Origin: Candidatus Omnitrophota bacterium
Lineage (GTDB): Bacteria; Omnitrophota; Gorgyraeia; 2-01-FULL-45-10
Assembly: GCA_903843285.1 (NCBI GenBank)
Contig: CAIMPC010000010.1
Span: 968-64,967, forward strand
DNA length: 64,000 nt
Direction of reading: 5' to 3'
Shown one piece after another: positions 1 to 10,213 of this stretch. Every line of letters begins with the position of its first letter. The first letter of the stretch is position 1. The position numbers and the translations under genes are program-made. The notes below the pieces were generated by a model. That model worked only from the letters and a program-made list of their open reading frames with translations, did not search any database and was not told the origin of the DNA.

Positions 1-1246
1 GCCGCCGATCGCTAATCCGGATCTTCCCTTTCAGATGCTCGTGACGATGCTCGACCATAATTCGTATTTTGGCCGCATCGCGATCGGGCGCATAGTTCAT
101 GGCGCTATCCATGTCGGAGATCCCGTCGCCCTTGTGAAACGCGATGGCACGATCACCACGAATAAGGTGACCAAGATAATGAAGTATAAGGGCCTGACTC
201 CCATCGAGGCGAACGATGCGATGGCGGGCGATATTATTCTAATAACCGGCATCGAGGGCGTCTCGATCGGTGAAACGCTCGCAAGTGTTGATAACCCGAA
301 GGCTCTGCCCGCCGTAAAGATCGATGAGCCGACGATATCCATGAATTTTTCCCATAACACGAGTCCGCTTGCCGGTAAAGACGGAGGTGTATTTCTGACA
401 TCACGCCATATCCGCGAATATCTCGAACATGAGGCGATGGTGAATGTCGGCATAAAGGTCGAGGAGGTTGACCGGGGCGAGAGGTTTAAGGTCTCAGGCA
501 GGGGCGAACTCCATCTCGAGATCCTTATAGAGACGATGCGGCGTAAGGGGTATGAACTGGAAGTTTCACGCCCACAGGTTATCTTAAAGAAGATGGGTGA
601 TCAGATCCTTGAACCTGTAGAGGTGGTGGTTATAGAAGTGGATAGCGCGTATCAGGGCGCGGTTATGCAGTCGCTCGGAGAGCGCAAAGCCGAGATGAAA
701 GATCTGAAGGTCATATCCTCGGGAGCCATGCGGATGGAATTTATCATTACCTCCAGGGCGCTGATAGGATTCAGGAGCGAATTTCTGTTGATTACCCGTG
801 GCACCGGCGTCATGTGCCAGAATTTTCTCGAGCACCAGATATATAAAGGCGAAATGCCGTCGCGTCAAAGAGGCGTCCAGGTCTCCAACGGCGACGGAAA
901 AGTGGTCGCGTTCGCCCTGTGGAACCTGCAGGAGCGCGGGGAGATGTTTGTCGGCCCCGGAGATATTGTATACGAGGGTATGATCGTGGGCATATATAAT
1001 AAAGGCGTCGATATAGTGGTGAATCCGCAAAAGGAAAAGAAATTAACCAACATGCGCTCTTCGAACTGCGACATGGCGATTCAGTTGGTGCCTCCGAGAA
1101 AGATCAACCTTGAATTTGCGCTCGTCTTCATTGACGACGATGAACTGGTCGAGATCACCCCTCTCAATATACGGCTAAGAAAGATGCAATTAAGAGAGAT
1201 AGATAGAACGCGTACTAACAGGAAAAGCAGAGTGGAGATCGCGTAG
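1..1246 (+). CDS. typA: Translational GTPase TypA/BipA, 5'-truncated by window edge
   Basis: GRIAIGRI, VSGRGELHLEILIETMRRKGYELEVSRPQV, KEKKLTNMRS and DDELVEITP motifs; the G domain lies upstream of the window. Confidence 0.96.
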   Translation, partial: PPIANPDLPFQMLVTMLDHNSYFGRIAIGRIVHGAIHVGDPVALVKRDGTITTNKVTKIMKYKGLTPIEANDAMAGDIILITGIEGVSIGETLASVDNPKALPAVKIDEPTISMNFSHNTSPLAGKDGGVFLTSRHIREYLEHEAMVNVGIKVEEVDRGERFKVSGRGELHLEILIETMRRKGYELEVSRPQVILKKMGDQILEPVEVVVIEVDSAYQGAVMQSLGERKAEMKDLKVISSGAMRMEFIITSRALIGFRSEFLLITRGTGVMCQNFLEHQIYKGEMPSRQRGVQVSNGDGKVVAFALWNLQERGEMFVGPGDIVYEGMIVGIYNKGVDIVVNPQKEKKLTNMRSSNCDMAIQLVPPRKINLEFALVFIDDDELVEITPLNIRLRKMQLREIDRTRTNRKSRVEIA

Positions 1247-1269
1247 TAGACCGTGATTTAGTTAAACAT

Positions 1270-1509
1270 ATGACCAGCGATATAAAAAGAGACCTCGGCG
1301 AACAGCCAATAGCGAAGATCATAGCTATCCACGGATTAAAGGCCTCAGACTTAGTGGCGAGCTCGACCAGGCAAATCACCTATAAGATGATAAGCCGTGC
1401 AGTTAAGGGCAGACGGTTGACACCGAATGTCCAATCCAAGATTCTTAATGCCCTTAATAATGCTGTCGGCAAACAGTACCGGATTCAGGATATTTTTAAC
1501 TACAAATAA
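1270..1509 (+). CDS. Small putative HTH (Cro/C1-like) protein
   Basis: 79-aa basic ORF between typA and ABC-F with HTH-like segment ITYKMISRAVKGRRLT. Confidence 0.6.
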   Translation: MTSDIKRDLGEQPIAKIIAIHGLKASDLVASSTRQITYKMISRAVKGRRLTPNVQSKILNALNNAVGKQYRIQDIFNYK

Positions 1510-1518
1510 AAGGAACAT

Positions 1519-3147
1519 ATGCCTTTAGTAAGTTTGCAGGAGATCACGCTTGCGTTCGGCGGGCCCAGCCTATTCGACCGGTTGAGTCTTCAGGTGGAGC
1601 CGAATGAGAGAATAGCGCTACTCGGCCGTAATGGCGCGGGTAAGACTACTCTGATGAAGGTCATCTCCGGAGCGCTCGGCGTAGATGAAGGCATAGTCTA
1701 TGTCCAGAAGGGGATGAGGGTAGCTTATCTTCCCCAGGAAGTGCCGCTCGATATTAAAGGAAACGTATTTGATATCGTCCTGTCGGGACTCGGCACTCGC
1801 GCTAAGCTATTAAGCGATTACCATCATGTTGCGAAGCTTCTCCAGACAGAACACACACCTGAATTAATGCGAAAGCTCGACGTTCTTCAGTCGGAGCTCG
1901 ACCATACGGGCGGTTGGGATATGAGCCACGAAGTAGATAATGTCATCACGCGCATGAAGCTCGATCCGGATCTGGACTTCGCGACTTTATCCGGCGGACA
2001 GAAGCGGCGCGTTCTGCTTGCGCGGGCGCTTGTCCTGAAACCCGAGCTTCTCCTTCTCGACGAACCTACGAACCATCTGGATGTCGATTCGATGATCTGG
2101 CTCGAGGGATTTTTAAAGGATTATCCGGGAGCCGTATTTTTCGTTACGCATGATAGGGTCTTTATGTCCCATCTGGCGACCAGGATCGTTGAACTTGATC
2201 GAGGCAAGATCTGCAGTTGGGCGTGCGACTATAAGACGTTTCTGGAGCGCCGACAGGCGATGCTCGATAATGAGGCCTCCGCAAGAGAAGAATTTGAAAA
2301 GAAATTGGCTCAGGAGGAGATCTGGATAAGAAGGGGCGTCGAGGCCAGACGCTGTCGGAGCGAAGGCCGGGTCAAGGCCCTGGAGCGTTTACGCGAAGAA
2401 AAGAAGGCTCAGCGCCAGGAGGTCGGCCAGGTCAGAATGCATGCGCAGAAAGCGGCTATCTCAGGGCACCAGGTAATAAAGGCGATCGGATTGAGTTTTA
2501 GTTACGGAGATAATTGCCTCGTAGACGATTATTCTACTCAGATCATGCGTGGAGACAAAATAGGTGTGATAGGGCCGAACGGTAGCGGTAAGACGACATT
2601 GTTGAAGTTACTCCTGGGATCTCTCACCCCACAAAAAGGCAAAGTGAAGCTGGGGACTAATCTGGAGATTGCATACTATGACCAGCTTCGCGAACAACTG
2701 GATGAGGGCCTGACGGTCGCGCAAAATATATGCGGGGGAAGCGACACTATTACTATAAATGGTCAACCCAGGCACATAATCGGTTACCTTCAGGAGTTTC
2801 TGTTTTCCCCGAGCCGCGCCAGGACACCGGTCAAAGTTCTCTCGGGAGGCGAGCGTAATCGTCTCTTACTTGCCCGGCTCTTTACTAAACCGTCCAATGT
2901 GCTCGTGATGGACGAACCAACTAACGACCTGGACATAGAGACCCTGGAACTCCTGGAGGAGCTACTGCTGACATATCAGGGGACGCTTCTTCTGGTTAGT
3001 CACGATAGGGCGTTTCTTAATAATGTCGTGACCTCCACAATAGTCCTGGAGGGTGATGGTATAATTAATGAATATCCGGGCGGCTATGATGACTGGATAC
3101 GACAGCGCCCGACAAGAGTTCTGCCGGTAAAGTTTAAAGCGAGATAA
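1519..3147 (+). CDS. uup: ABC-F family ATPase, Uup-like
   Basis: Two NBDs (GRNGAGKTT, GPNGSGKTT; LSGGQ/LSGGE; DEPTN), Uup-type linker QEEIWIRRGVEARR, no TM segments; AAGGA RBS. Confidence 0.88.
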   Translation: MPLVSLQEITLAFGGPSLFDRLSLQVEPNERIALLGRNGAGKTTLMKVISGALGVDEGIVYVQKGMRVAYLPQEVPLDIKGNVFDIVLSGLGTRAKLLSDYHHVAKLLQTEHTPELMRKLDVLQSELDHTGGWDMSHEVDNVITRMKLDPDLDFATLSGGQKRRVLLARALVLKPELLLLDEPTNHLDVDSMIWLEGFLKDYPGAVFFVTHDRVFMSHLATRIVELDRGKICSWACDYKTFLERRQAMLDNEASAREEFEKKLAQEEIWIRRGVEARRCRSEGRVKALERLREEKKAQRQEVGQVRMHAQKAAISGHQVIKAIGLSFSYGDNCLVDDYSTQIMRGDKIGVIGPNGSGKTTLLKLLLGSLTPQKGKVKLGTNLEIAYYDQLREQLDEGLTVAQNICGGSDTITINGQPRHIIGYLQEFLFSPSRARTPVKVLSGGERNRLLLARLFTKPSNVLVMDEPTNDLDIETLELLEELLLTYQGTLLLVSHDRAFLNNVVTSTIVLEGDGIINEYPGGYDDWIRQRPTRVLPVKFKAR

Positions 3148-3199
3148 TAAGGACGGGTGCAATGCGTAACGACAATAAAATTATAGGAATATAAGAACA

Positions 3200-4042
3200 A
3201 TGGCCGCTGTTTTTATGTCGGGATTTGTCGCTATCCGGGATCCGGATGATGCTCGCTTATCGCCGTACCGGTCCCTTAAGGGAAAAGAGCTGGAAAGAGA
3301 CGGTATCTTCATAGCCGAGGGAGAGAAGGTAGTCAGGAGCATAGCAGAAAGCGGATGCCGTATAGCTTCGTGCCTGACTGCCGGCGGCGCTGTCGCCAGA
3401 TATAAATCCCTCCTTAAAATAATGGTGAAAAAGGGAGCTACAATCTACGTTGCCCCCGATGAGTTGATAGAGGAGATTATAGGTTTTCGTTTTCATAGGG
3501 GGATCATGGCCGTAGGGCATTGTCCCAAAAAACTTTCGGTCTCTGAAGCTCTGAAAACGTCCGGGCGACCGCTATTTATAGCCGCGCTTAATGCCATTAA
3601 TGATCCGCAAAACGTAGGCTTAATAGTGCGTAGCGCCGTGGCATTCGGTGTCCAGGCGCTTATAATCGATAATGCCACATATGACCCGTATTATCGAAAA
3701 GCTGTCCGCGTCTCTATGGGTACGATATTTGAACTGCCTGTCTGCTATGAAGACGATCTCGCCTCGAGCCTCGTCGGGATCAGGAAAAAATATGGAACAC
3801 GCATTATTGCCGCCACTCTCGGGAGAGGCGCGGGTGATATAGCTGATGTCGAACTCTCCGGTGATATCTGTTTTGTTTTTGGCAATGAAGATAAAGGTGT
3901 ATCACGTAAAGTGTTAAGTATCGCTGATTCCAAAGTTCGCATACCGATCTCGAGGACCGTAGATTCATTAAATGTTGCAAGCGCCAGCGCTATTTGTCTT
4001 TATGAAGCGTCGCGCTATAGATCTCCGCTAAAGTCAGGATAA
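3200..4042 (+). CDS. TrmH/SpoU family RNA 2'-O-methyltransferase
   Basis: DPQNVGLIVRSA, FGNEDKG and IPIS..VDSLNVASA SPOUT motifs. Confidence 0.93.
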   Translation: MAAVFMSGFVAIRDPDDARLSPYRSLKGKELERDGIFIAEGEKVVRSIAESGCRIASCLTAGGAVARYKSLLKIMVKKGATIYVAPDELIEEIIGFRFHRGIMAVGHCPKKLSVSEALKTSGRPLFIAALNAINDPQNVGLIVRSAVAFGVQALIIDNATYDPYYRKAVRVSMGTIFELPVCYEDDLASSLVGIRKKYGTRIIAATLGRGAGDIADVELSGDICFVFGNEDKGVSRKVLSIADSKVRIPISRTVDSLNVASASAICLYEASRYRSPLKSG

Positions 4043-4044
4043 CC

Positions 4045-5541
4045 ATGATATCTGTAAAGAACGTGACTAAACAATATGCCGGCCGAGAGCTATTCTCCGA
4101 TGTGAGTTTCGATGTCCTCGCCGGTGAAAAGATCGGACTCGTGGGCCGTAACGGCCACGGGAAGACCACGCTCTTTAGAATTATTACCGGCGAAGAAGAG
4201 CCCGATGAAGGCAAGATTTTTCAGCCGAACAATTATTCCATAGGATATCTCGGCCAGCATCTTAAATTTACCAAGCCCACCGTACTGGAGGAGGGGTGCC
4301 AAGGGTTGGGCCCGGACGAGATAGGCTCCGAATGGAAGGTGGAGAAAGTCCTGTCCGGATTGGGTTTCCGCGAAGAAGATTTTAATCGTAACCCTTCGGA
4401 ATTTTCCGGAGGGTTTCAGATGCGCATTGCTCTAACTAAGACTCTGGTATCCGAACCCAACATGCTCCTCCTGGATGAGCCTACAAACTTCCTCGATATA
4501 GTATCGATACGCTGGCTCGAGAAGTTCCTGCGATCGTGGAAGCAAGAGCTGATCGTTATAAGCCACGACAGGGATCTCGTCGATAGCGTTACTACACATA
4601 TCGTAGGCATACACCGCGGGACTGTAAGGAAGATAAAAGGACCGACCGCTAAATATTACTCCCAGCTCCATGCGGACGAGGAGCTGTATGAGAAACAACG
4701 TGTACAGGATGAGAAGAAGCGTAAAGAGGTTATGGAGTATGTGAACACATTCCGCTCGAAGGCAAGCCATGCCAAAGGCGTCCAGTCGAGCATTAAGAAG
4801 CTCGAAAAGATGGGGAAGCTGGACAAGCTCGAAAATATTCGAACGCTTTCATTCTCATTTAATTATGAGCAGTTTCGCGCTCAGCAGATCATGGATGTGA
4901 ATGACCTCACTTTCTCATACGATGGCAAAGAACCCTACCTGATCAATGGCCTGAATTTTACCGTAAATAGACACGACAAGATCTGCGTTGTAGGTAAGAA
5001 CGGTAAAGGCAAGACCACATTATTGAAGTTACTTTCCGGCCATCTTAAGCCTGTAAGCGGCAGTGTTAAGATTCACCCTGCGGCGGTTCCGGATTATTAC
5101 GAACAGGCAAATACAGCCGATCTTAATGATGAGCTTACCGTGGAAGAGGAGATATCCCGGGGATGCGCTTATATTGATAAATCTCGCGTGCGCGGTATAT
5201 GCGGGGCGATGATGTTCTCGGGAGATGATGCCGAGAAGAAGATTAAGGTCCTTTCCGGAGGCGAGCGCAGTCGCGTCCTTCTGGGGAAGCTTCTCGTAGC
5301 GCCGTCCAACATCCTTTTCCTGGATGAGCCGACACACCATCTGGACATTGAATCCTGTCAGGCGATGATGGATGCCGTAAGAGATTTCGAGGGCGCGGCC
5401 CTCGTGGTAGCGCATGACGAACATTTTCTGCGCGAAGTGGCGACGAAGCTCATCGTGTTTAAGAGCGGCAGAGTCTTTCTATATTCGGGTAATTATCAGG
5501 AATTCCTGGACAACATCGGATGGGAAGAAGACGAAGAATAA
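4045..5541 (+). CDS. ABC-F family ATPase (second paralog)
   Basis: GRNGHGKTT / GKNGKGKTT, FSGGFQMR / LSGGE, DEPT twice, no TM segments. Confidence 0.92.
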   Translation: MISVKNVTKQYAGRELFSDVSFDVLAGEKIGLVGRNGHGKTTLFRIITGEEEPDEGKIFQPNNYSIGYLGQHLKFTKPTVLEEGCQGLGPDEIGSEWKVEKVLSGLGFREEDFNRNPSEFSGGFQMRIALTKTLVSEPNMLLLDEPTNFLDIVSIRWLEKFLRSWKQELIVISHDRDLVDSVTTHIVGIHRGTVRKIKGPTAKYYSQLHADEELYEKQRVQDEKKRKEVMEYVNTFRSKASHAKGVQSSIKKLEKMGKLDKLENIRTLSFSFNYEQFRAQQIMDVNDLTFSYDGKEPYLINGLNFTVNRHDKICVVGKNGKGKTTLLKLLSGHLKPVSGSVKIHPAAVPDYYEQANTADLNDELTVEEEISRGCAYIDKSRVRGICGAMMFSGDDAEKKIKVLSGGERSRVLLGKLLVAPSNILFLDEPTHHLDIESCQAMMDAVRDFEGAALVVAHDEHFLREVATKLIVFKSGRVFLYSGNYQEFLDNIGWEEDEE

Positions 5542-5641
5542 CAAAATAGTAGCTAATTTCACATATCTCTGATATACTGCTACACGAACAAAAACTCTTC
5601 AACAGGCTTGGAGCTTGAGTGAAGACCGAAAAAGGAGTAAC

Positions 5642-5797
5642 ATGGGATATCAAGGTGGTGGGTTTAGCAGCGGGCCAAGAGAGATGCATAAGGCTACCTG
5701 CGCGGAGTGCAAGAAAGAATGCGAAGTACCTTTCAAGCCCAGAGAGGATCGTCCGGTGTATTGCAAGGACTGTTTCTCAAAACGCAAAGACAGATAA
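5642..5797 (+). CDS. CxxC-x17-CxxC zinc-ribbon protein
   Basis: AAGGAG RBS then MGYQGGGFSSGPREMHKATCAECKKECEVPFKPREDRPVYCKDCF. Confidence 0.9.
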   Translation: MGYQGGGFSSGPREMHKATCAECKKECEVPFKPREDRPVYCKDCFSKRKDR

Positions 5798-5828
5798 CCG
5801 ACGTTAAATAATCGAGTTACCGATAGTT

Positions 5829-5872
5829 GAATGGGGACGTAGACAATAGTTTGCACGTCCCCATTCTCTTTT
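5829..5872 (+). terminator. Probable intrinsic terminator
   Basis: 12-bp stem GAATGGGGACGT / ACGTCCCCATTC followed by a T-rich tract. Confidence 0.65.
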
Positions 5873-5942
5873 TAACATCAAATATTCACATCCGAAATCC
5901 TATGGCCCACATCTATCGAAGTGATTACAATAAAAAGGAAAT

Positions 5943-7382
5943 ATGAAATATAAACATGCTCTATTTTTAAACCCTTATATCGAAAACACAGCGACAAGCG
6001 TCATGGGGTTATTTCCGCCCACAGGCCTTGAGTATGTGGCCACCAGCGCCGAAGGCTTCGTGGATAAAATAACGCTTCTCGACCTGCGATATGAAACGGA
6101 TCTGCGCGATACCGGAAAACTGATCGATTTTATACTTAAGGAGATCGACATCATATGTGTCAGCGTAGGATGGGATCGCCAGTATGAAGAGATTTGTAAA
6201 TTATTGAACCTACTACCGGATAACATACCTTTAGTGGTGGGCGGATATAAAGCTACGGTGGAAGTCGATGAGCTATTTCGCGCGGTGCCAAAAATAGATA
6301 TTATCATCAGGGGAGAGGGTGAAGAGACGATAAAAGAGGTATTAAAAGGTGTGCCGTATGAAAATATTCTGGGCATCTCATACCGAAACGGCCGGGAGAT
6401 AATCCATAATGCCAATAGGCCGTTACCCGATGTAGATGTCATAGGCTCACCGGATCGGTCCTTAAGGAGAAATAAGTATTTCATGAGGGTAAACGGTATC
6501 GGCGTGGCAGACCTGACGTTCGATTCGGTCTTAAGCGCCAGAGGCTGTCCTTTTAACTGCAAATTTTGCACGTTTAATTTAAATCCGCTGGGCCAAAAGA
6601 GGGATTATGCGGCGCGTGGCGTAGAATCCGTCGTAACCGAGATAGGCCAGATCCGTGCCAACACCATATTGTTTAGTGACGACAACTTTTTTACGGACGT
6701 AAAACGATCGGAAGAGATTTGCGACCTGATAATCGCGCGCAAAATAAAAAAGCGCTTCCTGGCGCAGGCTCGTATCGACATTGCCAAGCACCCGAGGCTT
6801 CTGGAGAAAATGGTGAAGGCGGGATTTAAGATGCTATTCATCGGCATAGAATCTCCGCATGACCGCATACTGGCCGAACTCAATAAGGGTTTTGATTCGG
6901 CTGAGATAAGAAAATGTTTTGCTGTATTGAATAGATACCCCATCTATTGTCACGGCTATTTTATTTACGGTAACATCGGCGAGGTCGAAAGCGAAATGCT
7001 ATATATAGCGAAGTTCGCAAAAGAGATAGGCGTCGATTCCATAACGTTCCAGAAGCTAAGGATAGAGAAATTCTCGCCGCTCAGAAAGATCGCTGAAAAT
7101 ACGCCCGGTTATCACGTTACTTCCAGGGGCGAACTTTATTCGGATACCTATAGCCATGCGGCTCTTAAAAAAATAGGCAGACAGATCAAATTTTCATTCT
7201 ATACACCGCTTCAGATAGTAAAAATACTCAGGAAATTCGCCGTAGTGAGGTTCTTTACCATTAAAGAGATCTTCGTATTCATGATGGCCGGACCGAGCCT
7301 GTTATGGAGTGTATTGGCGCGGGAGGTGAAGAAAAAACGTCTTGGCGACTCTCTGAAGCGCATATTTGTAAAAAATGCGTAA
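5943..7382 (+). CDS. B12-binding radical SAM protein
   Basis: PPTGLEYVA and VVGG..AT..GEGE cobalamin-binding region; RGCPFNCKFC; DDNF; GIES. Confidence 0.9.
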   Translation: MKYKHALFLNPYIENTATSVMGLFPPTGLEYVATSAEGFVDKITLLDLRYETDLRDTGKLIDFILKEIDIICVSVGWDRQYEEICKLLNLLPDNIPLVVGGYKATVEVDELFRAVPKIDIIIRGEGEETIKEVLKGVPYENILGISYRNGREIIHNANRPLPDVDVIGSPDRSLRRNKYFMRVNGIGVADLTFDSVLSARGCPFNCKFCTFNLNPLGQKRDYAARGVESVVTEIGQIRANTILFSDDNFFTDVKRSEEICDLIIARKIKKRFLAQARIDIAKHPRLLEKMVKAGFKMLFIGIESPHDRILAELNKGFDSAEIRKCFAVLNRYPIYCHGYFIYGNIGEVESEMLYIAKFAKEIGVDSITFQKLRIEKFSPLRKIAENTPGYHVTSRGELYSDTYSHAALKKIGRQIKFSFYTPLQIVKILRKFAVVRFFTIKEIFVFMMAGPSLLWSVLAREVKKKRLGDSLKRIFVKNA

Positions 7383-7461
7383 GAATTTTAGTGCCTGTCA
7401 GTAGCGCACTGGAAAAGCAAGAAGTAATCGACTACGACAAAAAATAAAAGAGGAGGCGGAT

Positions 7462-8337
7462 ATGATGATTTTGGCTTTAGCAGTTGCGATTGCAGCGTTT
7501 ATGTTTCTTATGGGTATCAGGATCGTGCGTCCGACGCACAGGGGTTTGATCGAAAGGTTTGGAAAGTATAATCGCTTTGCTAACCCGGGATTTAACTGGG
7601 TCCTCCCGGTAGTCGAAAACCTGTATCAGATTAACATCACTGAGCAGATGGTGGATGCCGAACCGCAGGAAATTATTACGAATGATAACCTAAACGCCAA
7701 AGTGGACGCGCAGGTCTATTTCAAAGTAAAAGCGACCGAGACCGATGTCAAGAGCACACAGTATAATGTAAATAATTATCAGTGGCAGATTGTGAATTTG
7801 GCGCGCACTACCCTAAGAAATATTATCGGCACCCTGACATTAAAATCCGCCAATAGTGAAAGAGGCAAGATTAATGCGGAATTGCATAAAACGCTTTGTG
7901 AAGAGACAGCCAGCTGGGGGCTAGAGATTGTGAGGACTGAGTTAAAAGAGATCGATCCTCCGAAAGACGTGCAGGAGACGATGAATAAGGTGGTGAAGGC
8001 TGAAAATGAGAAGATCGCGGCCATCGATTATGCTACGGCGACAGAGACCGTTGCCGACGGTCAAAAGAGAGCGGAGATTAAAAAGGCCGAAGGTATAAAA
8101 CAGGCGCGCATTCTGGAAGCAGAGGGCGAATCGGCGGCGATAAAATTAGTTAATCAGGCGGCGGAGGAGTATTTTGTAGGCAATGCGCAGGTACTGCGCA
8201 AGCTGGAGGCAGTGGAGAAGTGCTTACAGAATAATGCGAAGATTGTGATTCCGGCAAATACTGAGCTGGTAAACGTAATCGGTGAAATGGCCGGTTTTTT
8301 ACCTATAAAAAATAAGGAAGACAAGCAGGCGAAGTAG
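7462..8337 (+). CDS. SPFH/band-7 (stomatin-like) membrane protein
   Basis: N-terminal TM, ERFGKY..PG, QEIITNDN, TTLRNIIG, AEG repeats; strong GAGGAGG RBS. Confidence 0.92.
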   Translation: MMILALAVAIAAFMFLMGIRIVRPTHRGLIERFGKYNRFANPGFNWVLPVVENLYQINITEQMVDAEPQEIITNDNLNAKVDAQVYFKVKATETDVKSTQYNVNNYQWQIVNLARTTLRNIIGTLTLKSANSERGKINAELHKTLCEETASWGLEIVRTELKEIDPPKDVQETMNKVVKAENEKIAAIDYATATETVADGQKRAEIKKAEGIKQARILEAEGESAAIKLVNQAAEEYFVGNAQVLRKLEAVEKCLQNNAKIVIPANTELVNVIGEMAGFLPIKNKEDKQAK

Positions 8338-8381
8338 GTAATGTAATTTGCATTTTGCTATAGTTCCATAGCGAGGATTTT

Positions 8382-9554
8382 ATGATACGAAAGACAATGT
8401 TTTTACTCATCGCTGTCATTTCGATAGTATATTCTGACTCCTGGGCTATTTCCTGGCAGAACGATATGACGCTTGCAATCGAAAAGGCTAAGAGCGAAGG
8501 TAAACCGGTAATGGCCGACTTCTACACCTCCTGGTGCGGATGGTGTAAAAAACTCGATAAAGATGTTTACGAAGACCCCGAGGTGAATACGCTCTCCGAA
8601 AGGTTTGTATGCGTGAAAGTGGATTGCGGCATACATAAGGACGCATCCATTAAATATGGGGTAAGAGGATACCCTACGATCGTATTCTTTAATTCCGACG
8701 GTGGTGTAGAGGAAACAGTTGTCGGGTATAGAGGGGCGCAGGCTTTTGCTGAAATCATGAAAAAAGTTATTTACAAGATTCCGAAGCCGGAAATCAGGCA
8801 GGTTCAGTCTGCCAATGAGCCTGTTATTAAGAAGCATATCACCGAAGGCGAATTTGAGCTTACGGGCATAATGGGCTCTAAGGCTATCATAAATGACGTA
8901 ACGGTATCGGTTGGAGATAACATTAATGGCGCGAAGATCATTGAAATTACCAGCGAGCGCGTTAGGCTGTTGTATAAAGATAAAGAGATCACATTGAGTT
9001 TAGCTGGATCATCAGGCACCGACTCGCACCGTTCCATGGATATCGTAGCGCGGGAGGCCGCATCTTATGATGATCGTGAAAAACGTTTTAAGGGATATAG
9101 TGAGTGGATAAAAGAGACTGCCGGTAACAAGTCTAAAGTTAACGAAAAAGGCGAGGTTGCTATAAAGCGTGACCCGCAATCGCATAGCGTCCTTGTCGAA
9201 GCCGTTTTAAATGATGGGACAAAGGCAATCCTTATTGTCGATACGGGTGCCGATATGGTAGTATTATCAAAGAGGATCGGAGAAAAGTTAGGCGTCGATG
9301 TATCTACGGACACGGGTAATGACATTGCCGAGATGCGCCTTGCCGGAGGAAAATCGGCCAAGGTAAGGATGACGATTCTAAAGAGGGTGAGCATTGAGGC
9401 TGTAGAGGAGAAAGACGTGAAGGCGGCCGTGTTACTCGAAGATGAAGACGGAAGCGGGTTTAAAGATGGTCTCCTGGGAAGATCTTTTTTAAACAGGTAT
9501 AATATCAGTATAGACTTACAAAAAATGAAGATGCTGATGGAGAAGATAAAGTAG
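8382..9554 (+). CDS. Exported thioredoxin-like / retropepsin-like aspartic protease fusion
   Basis: Signal peptide, DFYTSWCGWC with GYPT cis-Pro loop, C-terminal LIVDTGA and GLLGRSFL. Confidence 0.85.
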   Translation: MIRKTMFLLIAVISIVYSDSWAISWQNDMTLAIEKAKSEGKPVMADFYTSWCGWCKKLDKDVYEDPEVNTLSERFVCVKVDCGIHKDASIKYGVRGYPTIVFFNSDGGVEETVVGYRGAQAFAEIMKKVIYKIPKPEIRQVQSANEPVIKKHITEGEFELTGIMGSKAIINDVTVSVGDNINGAKIIEITSERVRLLYKDKEITLSLAGSSGTDSHRSMDIVAREAASYDDREKRFKGYSEWIKETAGNKSKVNEKGEVAIKRDPQSHSVLVEAVLNDGTKAILIVDTGADMVVLSKRIGEKLGVDVSTDTGNDIAEMRLAGGKSAKVRMTILKRVSIEAVEEKDVKAAVLLEDEDGSGFKDGLLGRSFLNRYNISIDLQKMKMLMEKIK

Positions 9555-9610
9555 TCACTCGTATCCGGGATAGAGCGCGAGGTATCGACTGAACAATGGG
9601 GGGGGCTCAC

Positions 9611-9838
9611 GTGAATAAAGCGCGATTATTTAAGGTAGTGAATGCAGCACTTATATTATCGGCCATCGTACAATTTACGACAGTAGTTATGATCATGGCG
9701 CATATAAAAACACCTAACGCGCGTATGGTTTTCGAAATCCATGAACATAACGGCATTGTTATGTGTGTGCTCATCATGATGCACGTCATGCTTAATTGGG
9801 GATGGATCAAGGCGAATTTCTTAAAGGTACATAAATAA
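9611..9838 (+). CDS. Small 2-TM protein, DUF4405-like
   Basis: GTG start after G-rich RBS; IHEHNG...MHVMLNWGWI pattern. Confidence 0.65.
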   Translation: MNKARLFKVVNAALILSAIVQFTTVVMIMAHIKTPNARMVFEIHEHNGIVMCVLIMMHVMLNWGWIKANFLKVHK

Positions 9839-9850
9839 GGGATAGAGATC

Positions 9851-10213
9851 ATGAGCGTAGAGAAAGCGAAAGCGTACTATACCGACAGAAGCGGTCCAGG
9901 AAAACTCAATTGCGGCCAGGCTGTGATAGCCGCATTCAAGGAAAAATTCTCCCTCAGCGATGATAGCGTTAATCTTTTTGCCGCATACGGCAGTGGCAGG
10001 GCTCCTGAGAACGTCTGCGGAACACTTTATGCCGCGCAGTATCTATTGAAGGGTAAAGATCAGGAGAAGCTCGCTCAGTGTGAGAAAATATTTATAGCTA
10101 AGGCCGGATCGACCAAGTGCAAAGAGATAAGGAAACTGAATAAGCTTTCGTGCGTAGGGTGCGTGGAGACGATAGCGGAATTTTTAGATAATATAGAGAC
10201 TAAAGTTTTATGA
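9851..10213 (+). CDS. C-GCAxxG-C-C family putative redox protein
   Basis: NCGQAV, GSG..VCG, KCKEI and CVGCV cysteine pattern. Confidence 0.75.
   Translation: MSVEKAKAYYTDRSGPGKLNCGQAVIAAFKEKFSLSDDSVNLFAAYGSGRAPENVCGTLYAAQYLLKGKDQEKLAQCEKIFIAKAGSTKCKEIRKLNKLSCVGCVETIAEFLDNIETKVL

Noticed and set aside
1519-3147. uup as a pseudogene
   Set aside because: Both NBDs are intact, and the next gene starts about 50 nt later with no leftover C-terminal coding remnant
5829-5866. GGGGACGT hairpin as a REP family shared with 51989 and 47407
   Set aside because: The other sites share only a short G-rich word and lack the complementary arm; insufficient support
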